Shown here one piece after another: positions 1 to 9,197 of a stretch of 64,000 bases of DNA. This DNA is from a virus (Duplodnaviria; Heunggongvirae; Uroviricota; Caudoviricetes): the IMG/VR virus record IMGVR_UViG_3300037466_002980, positions 32,001-96,000 of that record; one strand, written 5' to 3'. The notes below the pieces were generated by a model. It did not search any database, was not told the DNA's origin, and saw only the letters and a list, made by a program, of their open reading frames with translations. How positions within the stretch are numbered: the first letter of the stretch is position 1; each line of letters begins with the position of its first letter. A program made the position numbers and the translations under genes.

Positions 1-6
1 ATAACT

Positions 7-726
7 TTGAGAAGAAATCGTAAAGAAGCGTCAAAGACGCCTAATGTTCGTTTGTCCGATGAAACAAATGTCGTTAAATTAGGAAATAGATATAAAAAAA
101 TTGAAATGATTCCTAGAAATGTAGCACAAGAAGATTATGTCGAAGCATTAATTGAAAAGAGAATGGTCTTTGCAGTTGGTCCAGCTGGAACTGGTAAAAC
201 AATGTTGGCAGTTCTTCGTGCTATTCAGGCATTAAGAAATGGAGAAATAACCAAAATTGTCCTAACTCGTCCTGCTGTTAGTGTAGATGAAAAACATGGA
301 TTTCTTCCAGGCGATTTAAATGCTAAGATGGAACCATGGACTCGTCCAATTTTTGATGTATTCGAAGAATATTATGGTTTTGCAGAAACTCAACGTATGT
401 TGGCTGATAATATTATTGAAATTGCACCACTAGGATTTATGCGCGGTCGAACATTTAAACATGCTTACGTCTTGGTCGACGAAGCCCAGAATACCACCAT
501 TGAACAGATGAAAATGGTATTGACTCGATTAGGTGAAGGTAGTTCGATGATTGTTACTGGTGACTTAAAACAGCATGATCGTGGATTTGAGAAAAATGGA
601 TTAGAGGATTTTCTAAAGAAATTACCAAAAGCTGATAGCGATATTAGTGTATGTTATTTTTCTCGTTGTCATGTAGAAAGAGATCCGATTGTAGGAAAAA
701 TTCTAGGACTCTACGGAGAAGATTAA
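7..726 (+). CDS. phoH: PhoH-family ATPase
   Basis: GPAGTGKT Walker A, LTRPAV, GFLPGDL, RGRTF, DEAQN, GDLKQHD motifs. Confidence 0.95.
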   Translation: MRRNRKEASKTPNVRLSDETNVVKLGNRYKKIEMIPRNVAQEDYVEALIEKRMVFAVGPAGTGKTMLAVLRAIQALRNGEITKIVLTRPAVSVDEKHGFLPGDLNAKMEPWTRPIFDVFEEYYGFAETQRMLADNIIEIAPLGFMRGRTFKHAYVLVDEAQNTTIEQMKMVLTRLGEGSSMIVTGDLKQHDRGFEKNGLEDFLKKLPKADSDISVCYFSRCHVERDPIVGKILGLYGED

Positions 727-1445
727 ATCCCAAATGACTTATATAAATCTTCTTTCGAGATAGACGATTTATTACTTTTCATTAAATTATATTCTGTTTC
801 TACCAATTCAAGATTATTCCTGCTGGCTATCAGTTCGGCAGGAATTTTCATCCTCCATCCGTCTGAGATGCTAATTTTATGATCCCACTGATATCCTTCC
901 GGCGATAATAGATTATAAAATCTCATAGTCGTTCCTGTTAATCGACGTGCTAATTTAGAATATATGAGCCAGTCTTCATCCTGTTCGGAGTAAGTAATAT
1001 TAATTTTATGTCTGAGATTATTTTCATTCAATAATCTCTGTATAAATCTTTTTCCATAGCTATATTTCTTACTCAATGCTTCAACAGAAAGTAAATTCCT
1101 TGTGTAGTCTTCTAATATTTTTTCTCTGATATGTGTATCATGTATATGACCATATCTTAGATTTATATTCTTATCCTTTAACACTTTCGAAACTGTATTT
1201 CTATCAATACCCAATTCTTCTGCTATCTTTCTTTTTGATCTTATACTTTTAGAGCATTCAATTATAGAATTAATTGTATTTTCTGATATTCTCGAATATA
1301 TCTGGTCGAAATTTTCTTTAATCAAATAACGAACGGTCGGTGGTGAAAGATTATATTTCTCGCATATATCTTTCTTAGACATTCCATTTTTAAATTCTAA
1401 GACAAGATTATTGATTAATTTAGGATCTGTAATTTTAGATGGCAT
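723..1445 (-). CDS. Putative HNH homing endonuclease with tandem HTH domains
   Basis: Repeated HTH-like segments (KIAEELGIDRNTVSKVL); C-terminal WDHKISI...NNLELV...NLMKSNK HNH-like motif. Confidence 0.65.
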   Translation of the reverse strand: MPSKITDPKLINNLVLEFKNGMSKKDICEKYNLSPPTVRYLIKENFDQIYSRISENTINSIIECSKSIRSKRKIAEELGIDRNTVSKVLKDKNINLRYGHIHDTHIREKILEDYTRNLLSVEALSKKYSYGKRFIQRLLNENNLRHKINITYSEQDEDWLIYSKLARRLTGTTMRFYNLLSPEGYQWDHKISISDGWRMKIPAELIASRNNLELVETEYNLMKSNKSSISKEDLYKSFGI

Positions 1446-1504
1446 TTTGCATTTTATCCTATAGGTAACATTATATATTTACCAATCAGAGATAAAATGC
1501 AAAA
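1445..1504 (-). promoter_or_regulatory. RBS-sequestering hairpin with an internal late promoter (GGTAAATA, 1476-1483)
   Basis: Perfect 14-bp inverted repeat at 1445-1458 and 1491-1504 overlapping the RBS and the A of the start codon. Confidence 0.7.
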
Positions 1505-1509
1505 GAATA

Positions 1510-1866
1510 TTATTGATTATTCAATTGTCTATGGCGCTGATTTAGGTCATCTAATTGGCGCTGATAGCGATCACGTAGAGCCTGGTCAATTGGAGATAAT
1601 TGTTGATTCTTATTTTGTGATTTTTTGAGGTCTAATTCAAATATCTTATCTTCAAGCATTTGCCTTCTAATAGACATTGTGTTTTCTTCGATAAATCTTT
1701 GTGTTTCGGCCTTATCTCGTTGAACATCGGCAGCATGAGCATACCTTGCATCTAATGCAAATAATGCACCCACAATGGCAATAATGGAACTAGCAGATCC
1801 AAAAAACATTTTCCACGGATTTTCTTTTATTACTGTACCTAGGATGTCTAACATGATTAACCTCAA
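1510..1866 (-). CDS. Single-TM membrane protein with coiled-coil tail
   Basis: Hydrophobic FFGSASSIIAIVGALFAL then charged helix; GATAAATA at 1876-1883. Confidence 0.5.
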   Translation of the reverse strand: MRLIMLDILGTVIKENPWKMFFGSASSIIAIVGALFALDARYAHAADVQRDKAETQRFIEENTMSIRRQMLEDKIFELDLKKSQNKNQQLSPIDQALRDRYQRQLDDLNQRHRQLNNQ

Positions 1867-1898
1867 TAGATAAAATATTTATCTATTAACCGGTTAAT

Positions 1899-2498
1899 TT
1901 AAATTTGATAATCTGATTTGATAATTGAAGATATTTGTTTCCAGGGACGATAATTTCCAACAATATGGAAATTATCAGTGTCGAATTCTTGATTATATGG
2001 ATGTCTAATTAAGATCGAATTTAATCCGAGTTCATATCCTGCAACAGCATTGTTGGCATGATCTTCAATCCAAAATAATCCCGAATCTTTCCATTGTTCT
2101 AAGGTTGATCTCTTATCCGACCCGGTTGGTAAACAAATTATTTCTTTAAAAATGTTACCAAAGAGATATTTAAGGTTTTCTTCTCGATATTTTTTCGATT
2201 CGGGATTGTTACTAAGGCTGGTTATTACCGTAAATTTAAATCCTTCAGCATACAATTCTTTTACTTGCTCAACCGCGTCCGATAACGGAAATAATTCACG
2301 AATTATCGGACTTTCATTAAACTCTCTTATGTATTTCCATTGCATTTCATAGGTAAGCCCGTGTCTTAGATGGATATCATATTCGTGTACCTGATCTTGT
2401 AATACAGGATGTCCTTGATCGGCCATAAATTTTTCAAAAGACCTATTCCAATTTAGAAGAACACCGTCACAATCAGTTAATATATGCTTTTCTTTCAT
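1899..2498 (-). CDS. HAD-family phosphatase, 5'(3')-deoxyribonucleotidase-like
   Basis: DCDGVL motif I, ITS motif II, WIED motif. Confidence 0.8.
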   Translation of the reverse strand: MKEKHILTDCDGVLLNWNRSFEKFMADQGHPVLQDQVHEYDIHLRHGLTYEMQWKYIREFNESPIIRELFPLSDAVEQVKELYAEGFKFTVITSLSNNPESKKYREENLKYLFGNIFKEIICLPTGSDKRSTLEQWKDSGLFWIEDHANNAVAGYELGLNSILIRHPYNQEFDTDNFHIVGNYRPWKQISSIIKSDYQI

Positions 2499-2887
2499 TG
2501 ATCAAAAACCGTTTTCTCTCTTGTGTTACCGAATTGATCGGTAATCACTTCGGGTTCGGTAATCGGTTCAGCTTCTTGTGTGATAACTTCTTCGGTAACT
2601 TCGGGTTCAACAACTTCCCTACCATATAATTTGTCTAGTTGCTTCATTTGTTCAGCATATTTAGAACGAACATATCCATCAAACTTAGAATAATCATCCA
2701 TTCCAAAACGAGCACCAGTAATCATCTTACTTCCAAGATAATCTGCAATCGCACTTGACGATTGATAGTGCCTATTTTTCAGTTGATTAACAAATTCAAC
2801 TGTCTCTGCCACTTCCCATTCAGTCCTAGACTTTTTCTTTAATGTATGTTTATGGGATAAAACAATATAGACTTTTTCTTTTGCCAT
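2495..2887 (-). CDS. Hypothetical protein with acidic EPEV repeats
   Basis: ORF with RBS (GAGG) in operon context. Confidence 0.6.
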   Translation of the reverse strand: MAKEKVYIVLSHKHTLKKKSRTEWEVAETVEFVNQLKNRHYQSSSAIADYLGSKMITGARFGMDDYSKFDGYVRSKYAEQMKQLDKLYGREVVEPEVTEEVITQEAEPITEPEVITDQFGNTREKTVFDQ

Positions 2888-3113
2888 TTTTTCCTCTTAA
2901 TAAATATCTGCAACAAAATCGGAAGCATTCTTCCAAGATTCCCAATCTTCTTTAGCCAATTGTTTGGTTAATCCTTTTCCGATTAATCCATATTTTTTAC
3001 AATGAAAGCCATTCTGCGTAGCAATATCGTCTCTTGGTACCGCACAAAGCCAATATTTTCCTTCTTTCCAATATTTTAGATCCTTATCGATCCAGTTTTC
3101 TTGTGATTTATAT

Positions 3114-3404
3114 TTAATTCTCATTACAGGACTCGATATATCTGTTAATTTGAACATCTTCTCGATTACAAAATTTAAGTTGCAGAAATGCATCAGCTTC
3201 CTGAGAATAAACTAATAGAATTACACGCCTGGCAGTTACAGAAATAGCAGCACTTACACCGCCGACTTGAACACCACGTTCATCATATTGTGGTTTGAAC
3301 ATTTCGCGTACCTCTCGAAATACTTCCTCAGTGCTCTTATCCTGATCATATTCATATCTCGAATAGATTATTTGTTTCTTTCCTGGTATAATTTCTTTGG
3401 TCAC
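3114..3404 (-). CDS. Small hypothetical protein (F-x-D-A-x-F-x-L family)
   Basis: Overlaps clamp-loader stop; YSQEADAFLQLKF. Confidence 0.5.
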   Translation of the reverse strand: MTKEIIPGKKQIIYSRYEYDQDKSTEEVFREVREMFKPQYDERGVQVGGVSAAISVTARRVILLVYSQEADAFLQLKFCNREDVQINRYIESCNEN

Positions 3405-4339
3405 ATCTGTCCTCTTGCTATCATTTCTAATTCAATAAGTGTTGCAGATAAATTTATTTCTCTATCAGCGCAACTTACATCCTTTACAATACCATCCCTA
3501 ATAACAAGAATACATTTATTCTGTTGTTCTTCAGTCTCGCCCCAAATTTCTATATTATCATACATGAATCTATATAGATCTTCATATTCTTCTTGTCTAA
3601 TTTGTTTACAAATTAATTTTCGAGCATCAGTATATTTTCCTGCCTTGAATAAAGCAACCATATCTATTCTATAATCACTTACTTTTTCAGCATTCTCATC
3701 CGGCATAATAAGTTTACCGGTTAAGGAATTAGCCTGTATCATGCTAATTCCCCTTCTCAAATCGGGATAAGTCTTACTAACAATAGTTTCTAATGCATCC
3801 GGATCAATATCAATTGATTCTGAATCTAAAATTCCAACCAACCTAGAATAAAATTCACCCATTTCCAGTTTCTCAATGTGCATCATTCCTGATTCACATC
3901 TAGATTTAATAGCATCAATAATCTTATGAGGATAATTGCATGTTAAAAGAAATCTAACAACAGTAGAATATTGTTGCATTGTTCCACGCAATGCCTTTTG
4001 TGCCTCTGGAGATAAACCATCTGCCTCATCTAAGAAAACATATCTAATATCACCGAAACCATTTGTTTCAGCAAATCTAGTGATCGAATTTCTAATAAAA
4101 TCAATACCATTATCTTTCGAGGCATTAACTGTTAAAATATCAAACGGATTTATATCTAATTCTTTTAATAAAACAGTTATCAGTGTAGTTTTACCGACAC
4201 CCGGTGAACCGGATAAAAGCATGTGCGGTAAAGCACCAGTTTTTATCCATTGTTCGATTTGATTTTTTTGTTTGGGATCTTTAAAAACGTATTCGTTTAA
4301 GGTATGTGGATTATATTTGTCAACCCATAACTCTCGCAT
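3401..4339 (-). CDS. Sliding-clamp loader AAA+ subunit (T4 gp44 / RFC small subunit-like)
   Basis: LWVDKYNP, GSPGVGKTT, LDEAD, SRC motif. Confidence 0.95.
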   Translation of the reverse strand: MRELWVDKYNPHTLNEYVFKDPKQKNQIEQWIKTGALPHMLLSGSPGVGKTTLITVLLKELDINPFDILTVNASKDNGIDFIRNSITRFAETNGFGDIRYVFLDEADGLSPEAQKALRGTMQQYSTVVRFLLTCNYPHKIIDAIKSRCESGMMHIEKLEMGEFYSRLVGILDSESIDIDPDALETIVSKTYPDLRRGISMIQANSLTGKLIMPDENAEKVSDYRIDMVALFKAGKYTDARKLICKQIRQEEYEDLYRFMYDNIEIWGETEEQQNKCILVIRDGIVKDVSCADREINLSATLIELEMIARGQM

Positions 4340-4356
4340 CTTATCTCCTTTTTGTT

Positions 4357-4385
4357 ATTGTAACAAAAAGTAGATGTAAGGTCAA
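4357..4385 (-). promoter_or_regulatory. Sigma70-type promoter TTGACC-N17-TACAAT
   Basis: Near-consensus, just upstream of the clamp loader. Confidence 0.7.
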
Positions 4386-4726
4386 TCCCATTTTGAAAAG
4401 GTTACAACCTCGTCTTCGGGTAATTCATCGGAAACTAATATCGCACTTTCAGGATCTACGCCCCAGAGTTGAATCTTTGTTCCTTCCTTATCCTTTATTT
4501 CAAACATTCTAGTCCATCTTCCATGTTCGACCAATATCCATTGGCCAACATCAATTTCATCAATGCCATCACCAACAGAATGAACTTTCCCCCAGCGTGG
4601 TCTAATTCCTGAACTCTTTCCATTATCGTCTGGAATAATAATTCCATTAACAACTCGAGCACCACGTTCTAAATCGGAAACTAAAATCTTTCTCGGCAAT
4701 GCATTAACTTTCATCGACATCTCCAT
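4382..4726 (-). CDS. groES: Co-chaperonin GroES-like protein
   Basis: GIIIPD, GKVHSVGDG, VGQWILV pattern of Cpn10. Confidence 0.85.
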   Translation of the reverse strand: MEMSMKVNALPRKILVSDLERGARVVNGIIIPDDNGKSSGIRPRWGKVHSVGDGIDEIDVGQWILVEHGRWTRMFEIKDKEGTKIQLWGVDPESAILVSDELPEDEVVTFSKWD

Positions 4727-4892
4727 TATATGTGATATTAATTATTGGTTCAATTCCCTCTTCTTTTAATACCGCATCCTTAATTTCCTTAATTGCATCG
4801 ATTCCGTGTAGAGTTCTTAAATCATCAATTAGAGTTTTCTCAATATTAATAGTAGAAGGATTAGGATTGCTCATTATTGTCCTCCATGACAA
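4704..4892 (-). CDS. Mini-protein resembling a T4 gp23 major-capsid segment
   Basis: DDLRTLHGIDAIKEI resembles gp23 QDLRAVHGMDADAEL (recalled, not aligned). Confidence 0.45.
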   Translation of the reverse strand: MSWRTIMSNPNPSTINIEKTLIDDLRTLHGIDAIKEIKDAVLKEEGIEPIINITYNGDVDES

Positions 4893-5193
4893 TGTCGCCT
4901 GACGGAAGTTCGATTTCTTTTATTGTCTTTTTCTTAACTTCCTTAGGCTTCTGTTCAACAGTATTAATTGGTGCAGGTGCAGGTCCTTTCAATCCAGAAT
5001 TGACAATAACAGATTGAACTCGTCCCTTCTCTCTTGCTATATCATCTGCGGTTCTTGCAATTTTTCCGTTGCTGTCGAGTAAATCGCCTTTGGCATTTAC
5101 CTTCATATTTCCGACAGCCACTGTTTTTTCATTTTCTCTACGCATAGCATCCATATCAATTACAGTGCCACGATGTGTAGTATGTCGACTCAT
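4861..5193 (-). CDS. Hypothetical phage protein
   Basis: ORF with GGAGG RBS; AVGNMKVNAKGD motif. Confidence 0.6.
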   Translation of the reverse strand: MSRHTTHRGTVIDMDAMRRENEKTVAVGNMKVNAKGDLLDSNGKIARTADDIAREKGRVQSVIVNSGLKGPAPAPINTVEQKPKEVKKKTIKEIELPSGDIVMEDNNEQS

Positions 5194-5195
5194 TC

Positions 5196-5399
5196 TTATT
5201 CCTCCAACGAAATATTCATTCCATTATTTTTTGCGATATCTAGAATGTCTTCTAATGCTTCATCCGTGAATCGCATGATATTTAAATTCTGTTCATCCTT
5301 TTGAACAACCAATGTTATCTTTCTTGTTTGTAATTCTCCATCCATGAAAGATTTTACTTTATAATCAATATTTATTTTCATTATTTCCTCATATTCCAC
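5196..5399 (-). CDS. Hypothetical protein
   Basis: Operon packing. Confidence 0.45.
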   Translation of the reverse strand: MEYEEIMKINIDYKVKSFMDGELQTRKITLVVQKDEQNLNIMRFTDEALEDILDIAKNNGMNISLEE

Positions 5400-5689
5400 G
5401 CAATTGGGTCAAAATCGAAATTTTTACTATCTTTTTCTTTGTTTTGAAAAGCTGCCATTTCTTTTAATTCTTCCCTATTAAATTTGCCTTCATTAAATTT
5501 CATAGGATCTTCCGAATACGAATATACACACCTTGGATGAAAATTTCCATCGCCATCGGCATAAAATCCTACCATTCTACTAGATCCCCAAGAAGATAAT
5601 TGATTCCAATGATCAAACATAGCTTCAAGTGCTAATGCTTGTGCTGGAGTCACATCTAACTCTACCAACATCTTGATTTTTTCTGTCAT
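5381..5689 (-). CDS. Hypothetical protein
   Basis: Operon packing; GSSR...YADGDGNFHP motif. Confidence 0.55.
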   Translation of the reverse strand: MTEKIKMLVELDVTPAQALALEAMFDHWNQLSSWGSSRMVGFYADGDGNFHPRCVYSYSEDPMKFNEGKFNREELKEMAAFQNKEKDSKNFDFDPIAWNMRK

Positions 5690-6216
5690 TTTAAATAATC
5701 GTTAATATCTAAATTATATTGAATTGAATTTACTCTATGAATTCCTATTAAGAATAAAACATATGATGAAACAGAACTTCCTCTGCCAACACCCCATATA
5801 AAATTATTCTTTCTCATGTAATCCACGATGAAGATAAACAATCTTAATACCATTAGAAGATTTCTTTCCTCGTATAATATTAATTCTTGAGTGACTCTAT
5901 CAATTTCTTCCTTTGTTTTACATTTCTCTAATAACCATTCTTTAATATCAATTTCTTGATATTCTTTCGGAAATGTCCATTGTTCAGAATGAATGTTATG
6001 AAATTCATCAACAGGGATATTGGGTTGATCTTCAAATTCAATCAATTCGGATAATAATTCTTTCTGATGCTTTTTAAATAATTCTATATCTTCAGTATCT
6101 TCTGTGGTAATACGATTTATTGATTTACCTTCAAAAATTAACCGTTTGATATTTTCATCCGAAATAATTACCTGTCCAAATTCATTAATTTTCATTCCAC
6201 TGTTTTTGGTTTCCAT
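5686..6216 (-). CDS. Stand-alone DNA polymerase III alpha (DnaE)-like fragment
   Basis: RVTQEL...WGVGRGSSVSSYVLFLIGIHRVNSIQYNL matches the DnaE GRGS region; only 176 aa. Confidence 0.8.
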   Translation of the reverse strand: METKNSGMKINEFGQVIISDENIKRLIFEGKSINRITTEDTEDIELFKKHQKELLSELIEFEDQPNIPVDEFHNIHSEQWTFPKEYQEIDIKEWLLEKCKTKEEIDRVTQELILYEERNLLMVLRLFIFIVDYMRKNNFIWGVGRGSSVSSYVLFLIGIHRVNSIQYNLDINDYLK

Positions 6217-6902
6217 TTTTCAACTTGAACGATTCTTGCAGGTTCCTTTAAAGCAACCGGTTTATCTGTTTCGGCCAAGAAACGATAAAATTCATCCATA
6301 GGATCTACAATATCCTTAAAGATTTCCTCGTCGGACAAATCAGAATCTGTAGGTTTAATGAATTCAAAACAGAATCCATCATCTCGTGTCCACCAAGGAT
6401 GTTCATCACGGGCAACTCCTTCCGAATAATAATCTGTTGTTTTATCGGGTAAAGAATAATCACCATCGATACAATCAAAGGTATAATCAATAGACGAATC
6501 GCTACCTTTTAATTGTATTTCACCAACCAGAATATCATTCTTAACTAAAGAGGAAAGTTTTGAATGAATTAATCTAACTACCATATCATCACCAGAATTA
6601 CCGGGACAATACATCATAATATTAGCAGATAGATTTGCAATATACAAATCATCGTCTTTTTCAACATCGACAATAATTACATCAGGTAAATTTGTATCTA
6701 ACCAGAAATAAATCTTCTGAAATGCAAAAGTAGCCTTAGTTTCTAACTCTTCCTTTGATTTATTTTTCTTATCAGGAATGACTAAATTTATCTTGAGCTC
6801 CCAATCAACTGGGGTCAAATATCCATCAAAAATTCTTATTCCTGTAAATTCATAATTTAGAGTCATGTAGTTTCTTATTATTTGATTTCCACGCTTTACC
6901 AT
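6192..6902 (-). CDS. Hypothetical protein
   Basis: 236-aa ORF overlapping the DnaE fragment. Confidence 0.6.
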   Translation of the reverse strand: MVKRGNQIIRNYMTLNYEFTGIRIFDGYLTPVDWELKINLVIPDKKNKSKEELETKATFAFQKIYFWLDTNLPDVIIVDVEKDDDLYIANLSANIMMYCPGNSGDDMVVRLIHSKLSSLVKNDILVGEIQLKGSDSSIDYTFDCIDGDYSLPDKTTDYYSEGVARDEHPWWTRDDGFCFEFIKPTDSDLSDEEIFKDIVDPMDEFYRFLAETDKPVALKEPARIVQVEKWKPKTVE

Positions 6903-6912
6903 GCTCTAATTC

Positions 6913-7161
6913 CTATTCTTCTAATTTACCGAGCTCAATTGGTTTTAAATTATCTGGATATTTTCTATTAAACTCATCATCCATTTGTTGCCTTAACCGT
7001 TTCTGTCTTTCATCTTCTAACGATTGAATAATTTCTTTTATACTTAAAACAGCAGGAGTATGTCCTAATGCCGACTGTACATTCATATATTGATATGCTT
7101 TTCCAAGTCTCTCAATTATTTCTTCATCTGTTAATTTACTTACATCTAAAAATGGGTGCAT
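6913..7161 (-). CDS. Hypothetical protein
   Basis: ORF preceded by CATAAATA (7183-7190) inside an imperfect hairpin. Confidence 0.6.
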   Translation of the reverse strand: MHPFLDVSKLTDEEIIERLGKAYQYMNVQSALGHTPAVLSIKEIIQSLEDERQKRLRQQMDDEFNRKYPDNLKPIELGKLEE

Positions 7162-7223
7162 AAATTTTTTCCTTAGACCTTATATTTATGTTCAAATAAA
7201 GGTACGGAAAATAATGTTGATAG

Positions 7224-7565
7224 CTAATCTTCCATTTCCCATATAGTAAATAAGAGTGAGGAAGGATATAATTTAATTTTTGTTAATTTCATATCGGTTA
7301 TAAGATTAAAGAGTAATAAATCCTCTTCGTTTTTAAAACACCAATAAGAATGTACCGTCCAGTTAACAGAATTCAGATCGTTAAAATCTCTTATTATTTC
7401 GGGTTGAGTATATCCCCATGTTCCCGACATTTGTTTCAGGCATTTATTTCTTAGTTTAGAAAATTCTTCGGTATTTATTATAGAATAATTTTCAATCGTA
7501 TGCTTTATTCTAACAACCTTAGGATTACTAAAAAATATTCTTACACCTGTATGTAATTTTTTCAT
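7224..7565 (-). CDS. Small hypothetical protein (F-x-D family)
   Basis: WCFKNEEDLLLFNL. Confidence 0.55.
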   Translation of the reverse strand: MKKLHTGVRIFFSNPKVVRIKHTIENYSIINTEEFSKLRNKCLKQMSGTWGYTQPEIIRDFNDLNSVNWTVHSYWCFKNEEDLLLFNLITDMKLTKIKLYPSSLLFTIWEMED

Positions 7566-7819
7566 ATATAATTATGATGAATCCTGTAGAAATTTGTTAG
7601 ATCCTCTTTTTCAGAAAATCTAATACAAATGAATTCACCCATATCAATTTCAGCATACATACCTTTACTCTGTTCGAGACTTTCTTGGAAAATTTCAAGT
7701 CTTCTATAAAAAACAGAAGGATGCAAATGTAGTGTTAGCCATTCTGAAGTATAACTATCAATACGAACAGGATCTCCAACAAGAAAATTATTTTTTAATT
7801 TCATGATAATCCATGCCAT
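7562..7819 (-). CDS. Small hypothetical protein (F-x-D family)
   Basis: IRFSEKEDLTNF. Confidence 0.55.
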   Translation of the reverse strand: MAWIIMKLKNNFLVGDPVRIDSYTSEWLTLHLHPSVFYRRLEIFQESLEQSKGMYAEIDMGEFICIRFSEKEDLTNFYRIHHNYI

Positions 7820-8073
7820 TTATGACAAATTGCTTTGAAAAGTTTATCTACATCTTCAGTGGATTTATTCTTAAAAGAAGGTTGTCCACGAACAGAAACA
7901 TTATAACGCTGTCCCGATACGGTACAAATCATGATGGTCTTATCGTCTTTTAATTTTTCTACTGTGGCTTCTTCGTTTCTTAAATTGCTCACATCTCGCA
8001 ATGATTCAATAAACTTAAAAAGAACAATAGTACCATCTGTACACACAATATAATTTGGTATAAAATGTATCAT
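7801..8073 (-). CDS. Hypothetical protein
   Basis: Operon packing. Confidence 0.5.
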   Translation of the reverse strand: MIHFIPNYIVCTDGTIVLFKFIESLRDVSNLRNEEATVEKLKDDKTIMICTVSGQRYNVSVRGQPSFKNKSTEDVDKLFKAICHKWHGLS

Positions 8074-8324
8074 AGTAGTGTTAAATATAATGAAGAATCT
8101 GGATTAAAATTTTCGCTGTAAATATAAATTTCCGGAGAAACTTTCTTTCCTGAACGAAGTCCTTTGAGGACTCTACCCTCCATGGTCCAATTAGATGTTC
8201 CTTTTCCGACATTTTCATTTAACCAATTAACAATTTTATAGAAGTGTGTGCGATCTCGAATGGTGATTCGAAATGAGTGCCTTGCATTTTGCTTCTTAAG
8301 ATTCGGAAATGGTTGTTTGCTCAT
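8070..8324 (-). CDS. Hypothetical protein
   Basis: WLNENVG...W motif shared with 12357..12584. Confidence 0.55.
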   Translation of the reverse strand: MSKQPFPNLKKQNARHSFRITIRDRTHFYKIVNWLNENVGKGTSNWTMEGRVLKGLRSGKKVSPEIYIYSENFNPDSSLYLTLL

Positions 8325-8344
8325 AGATTTTCCATGGTTAATAC

Positions 8345-8373
8345 ATTATATATATTTCAAATATATACGTCAA
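8345..8373 (-). promoter_or_regulatory. Sigma70-type promoter TTGACG-N17-TATAAT
   Basis: Near-perfect consensus. Confidence 0.75.
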
Positions 8374-8376
8374 AAT

Positions 8377-8544
8377 TCACCAGAATTTTATATGTCCGCA
8401 TGCCTTACATCGATATGCATCATCATTGTGTCCGTGTCCGATATATTCCCAGCCACTGTTATGTGGACATTTACCTTCGAGAATTCTTTGAACTTGTTCC
8501 TCTTCATTAGGAGTTAATACATCCTCGATATCCCTATTGTCCAT
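8377..8544 (-). CDS. 55-aa putative zinc-ribbon protein (absent from ORF track)
   Basis: Hand translation MDNRDIEDVLTPNEEEQVQRILEGKCPHNSGWEYIGHGHNDDAYRCKACGHIKFW; CPH...CKAC. Confidence 0.6.
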   Translation of the reverse strand: MDNRDIEDVLTPNEEEQVQRILEGKCPHNSGWEYIGHGHNDDAYRCKACGHIKFW

Positions 8545-8998
8545 CGGGTTTACCTGTTAGAATGGTCACTCCGGCTTCCTTTAGCATTTCCTCGGAAATC
8601 TTCATATCCTCTGACCAGTGTGGTGGCATCTTATCGGCAGTAAAATTTTCATCTACTACCACTGTTTTTATTTTTTTCTGCACAATTGATTGAGCACAAA
8701 CCGAACAAGGAAAGAAAGTTACAAATATTGCACAATTCGATAAATCGCTTGTAGGTGCAAAATCTATAGCATTCTTCTCTGCATGTGCCATCCACTTATA
8801 TTTGTTAGGACGTTGATGTCGTTCGGGAACGCTATCATCAATTCCCATTGGCATTCCATTGAATCCCCAAGAAACGGGTCTTCCATCATTTGTAACAATA
8901 ACAGCACCAACTTTTGTAGATTCATCCTTTGACCACGAAGCAATATCCTTGGCCATTTTTAATATCCTACCGACCCATTTGGTTGATCTTATTTCCAT
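8534..8998 (-). CDS. dCMP deaminase
   Basis: HAEKNAI and PCSVC zinc motifs; KVGAVIV, GFNG. Confidence 0.95.
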   Translation of the reverse strand: MEIRSTKWVGRILKMAKDIASWSKDESTKVGAVIVTNDGRPVSWGFNGMPMGIDDSVPERHQRPNKYKWMAHAEKNAIDFAPTSDLSNCAIFVTFFPCSVCAQSIVQKKIKTVVVDENFTADKMPPHWSEDMKISEEMLKEAGVTILTGKPDGQ

Positions 8999-9197
8999 AT
9001 TTTAATTTCCAAAACGAAAGATCTTCATCATTATAAAAAACTATATCAACGTATAATTGTCTTTCTAAATCATTATAATATACCATTAGGTCATAATCAC
9101 CGGGAAATTCTCTATCTAAGAATTCCTTCATTATAACCTGAGCTTGTATTTCAGTACAATCAGGTGGAAATACAAGATACTGAGATATATCTATCAT
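8967..9197 (-). CDS. Small hypothetical protein (F-x-D family)
   Basis: VFYNDEDLSFWKLKYG. Confidence 0.55.
   Translation of the reverse strand: MIDISQYLVFPPDCTEIQAQVIMKEFLDREFPGDYDLMVYYNDLERQLYVDIVFYNDEDLSFWKLKYGNKINQMGR

Noticed and set aside
2897-3193. 98-aa ORF as given in the track
   Set aside because: It overlaps 3114..3404 by 80 nt; a shorter gene from an internal Met is plausible but the start cannot be fixed and no function is evident
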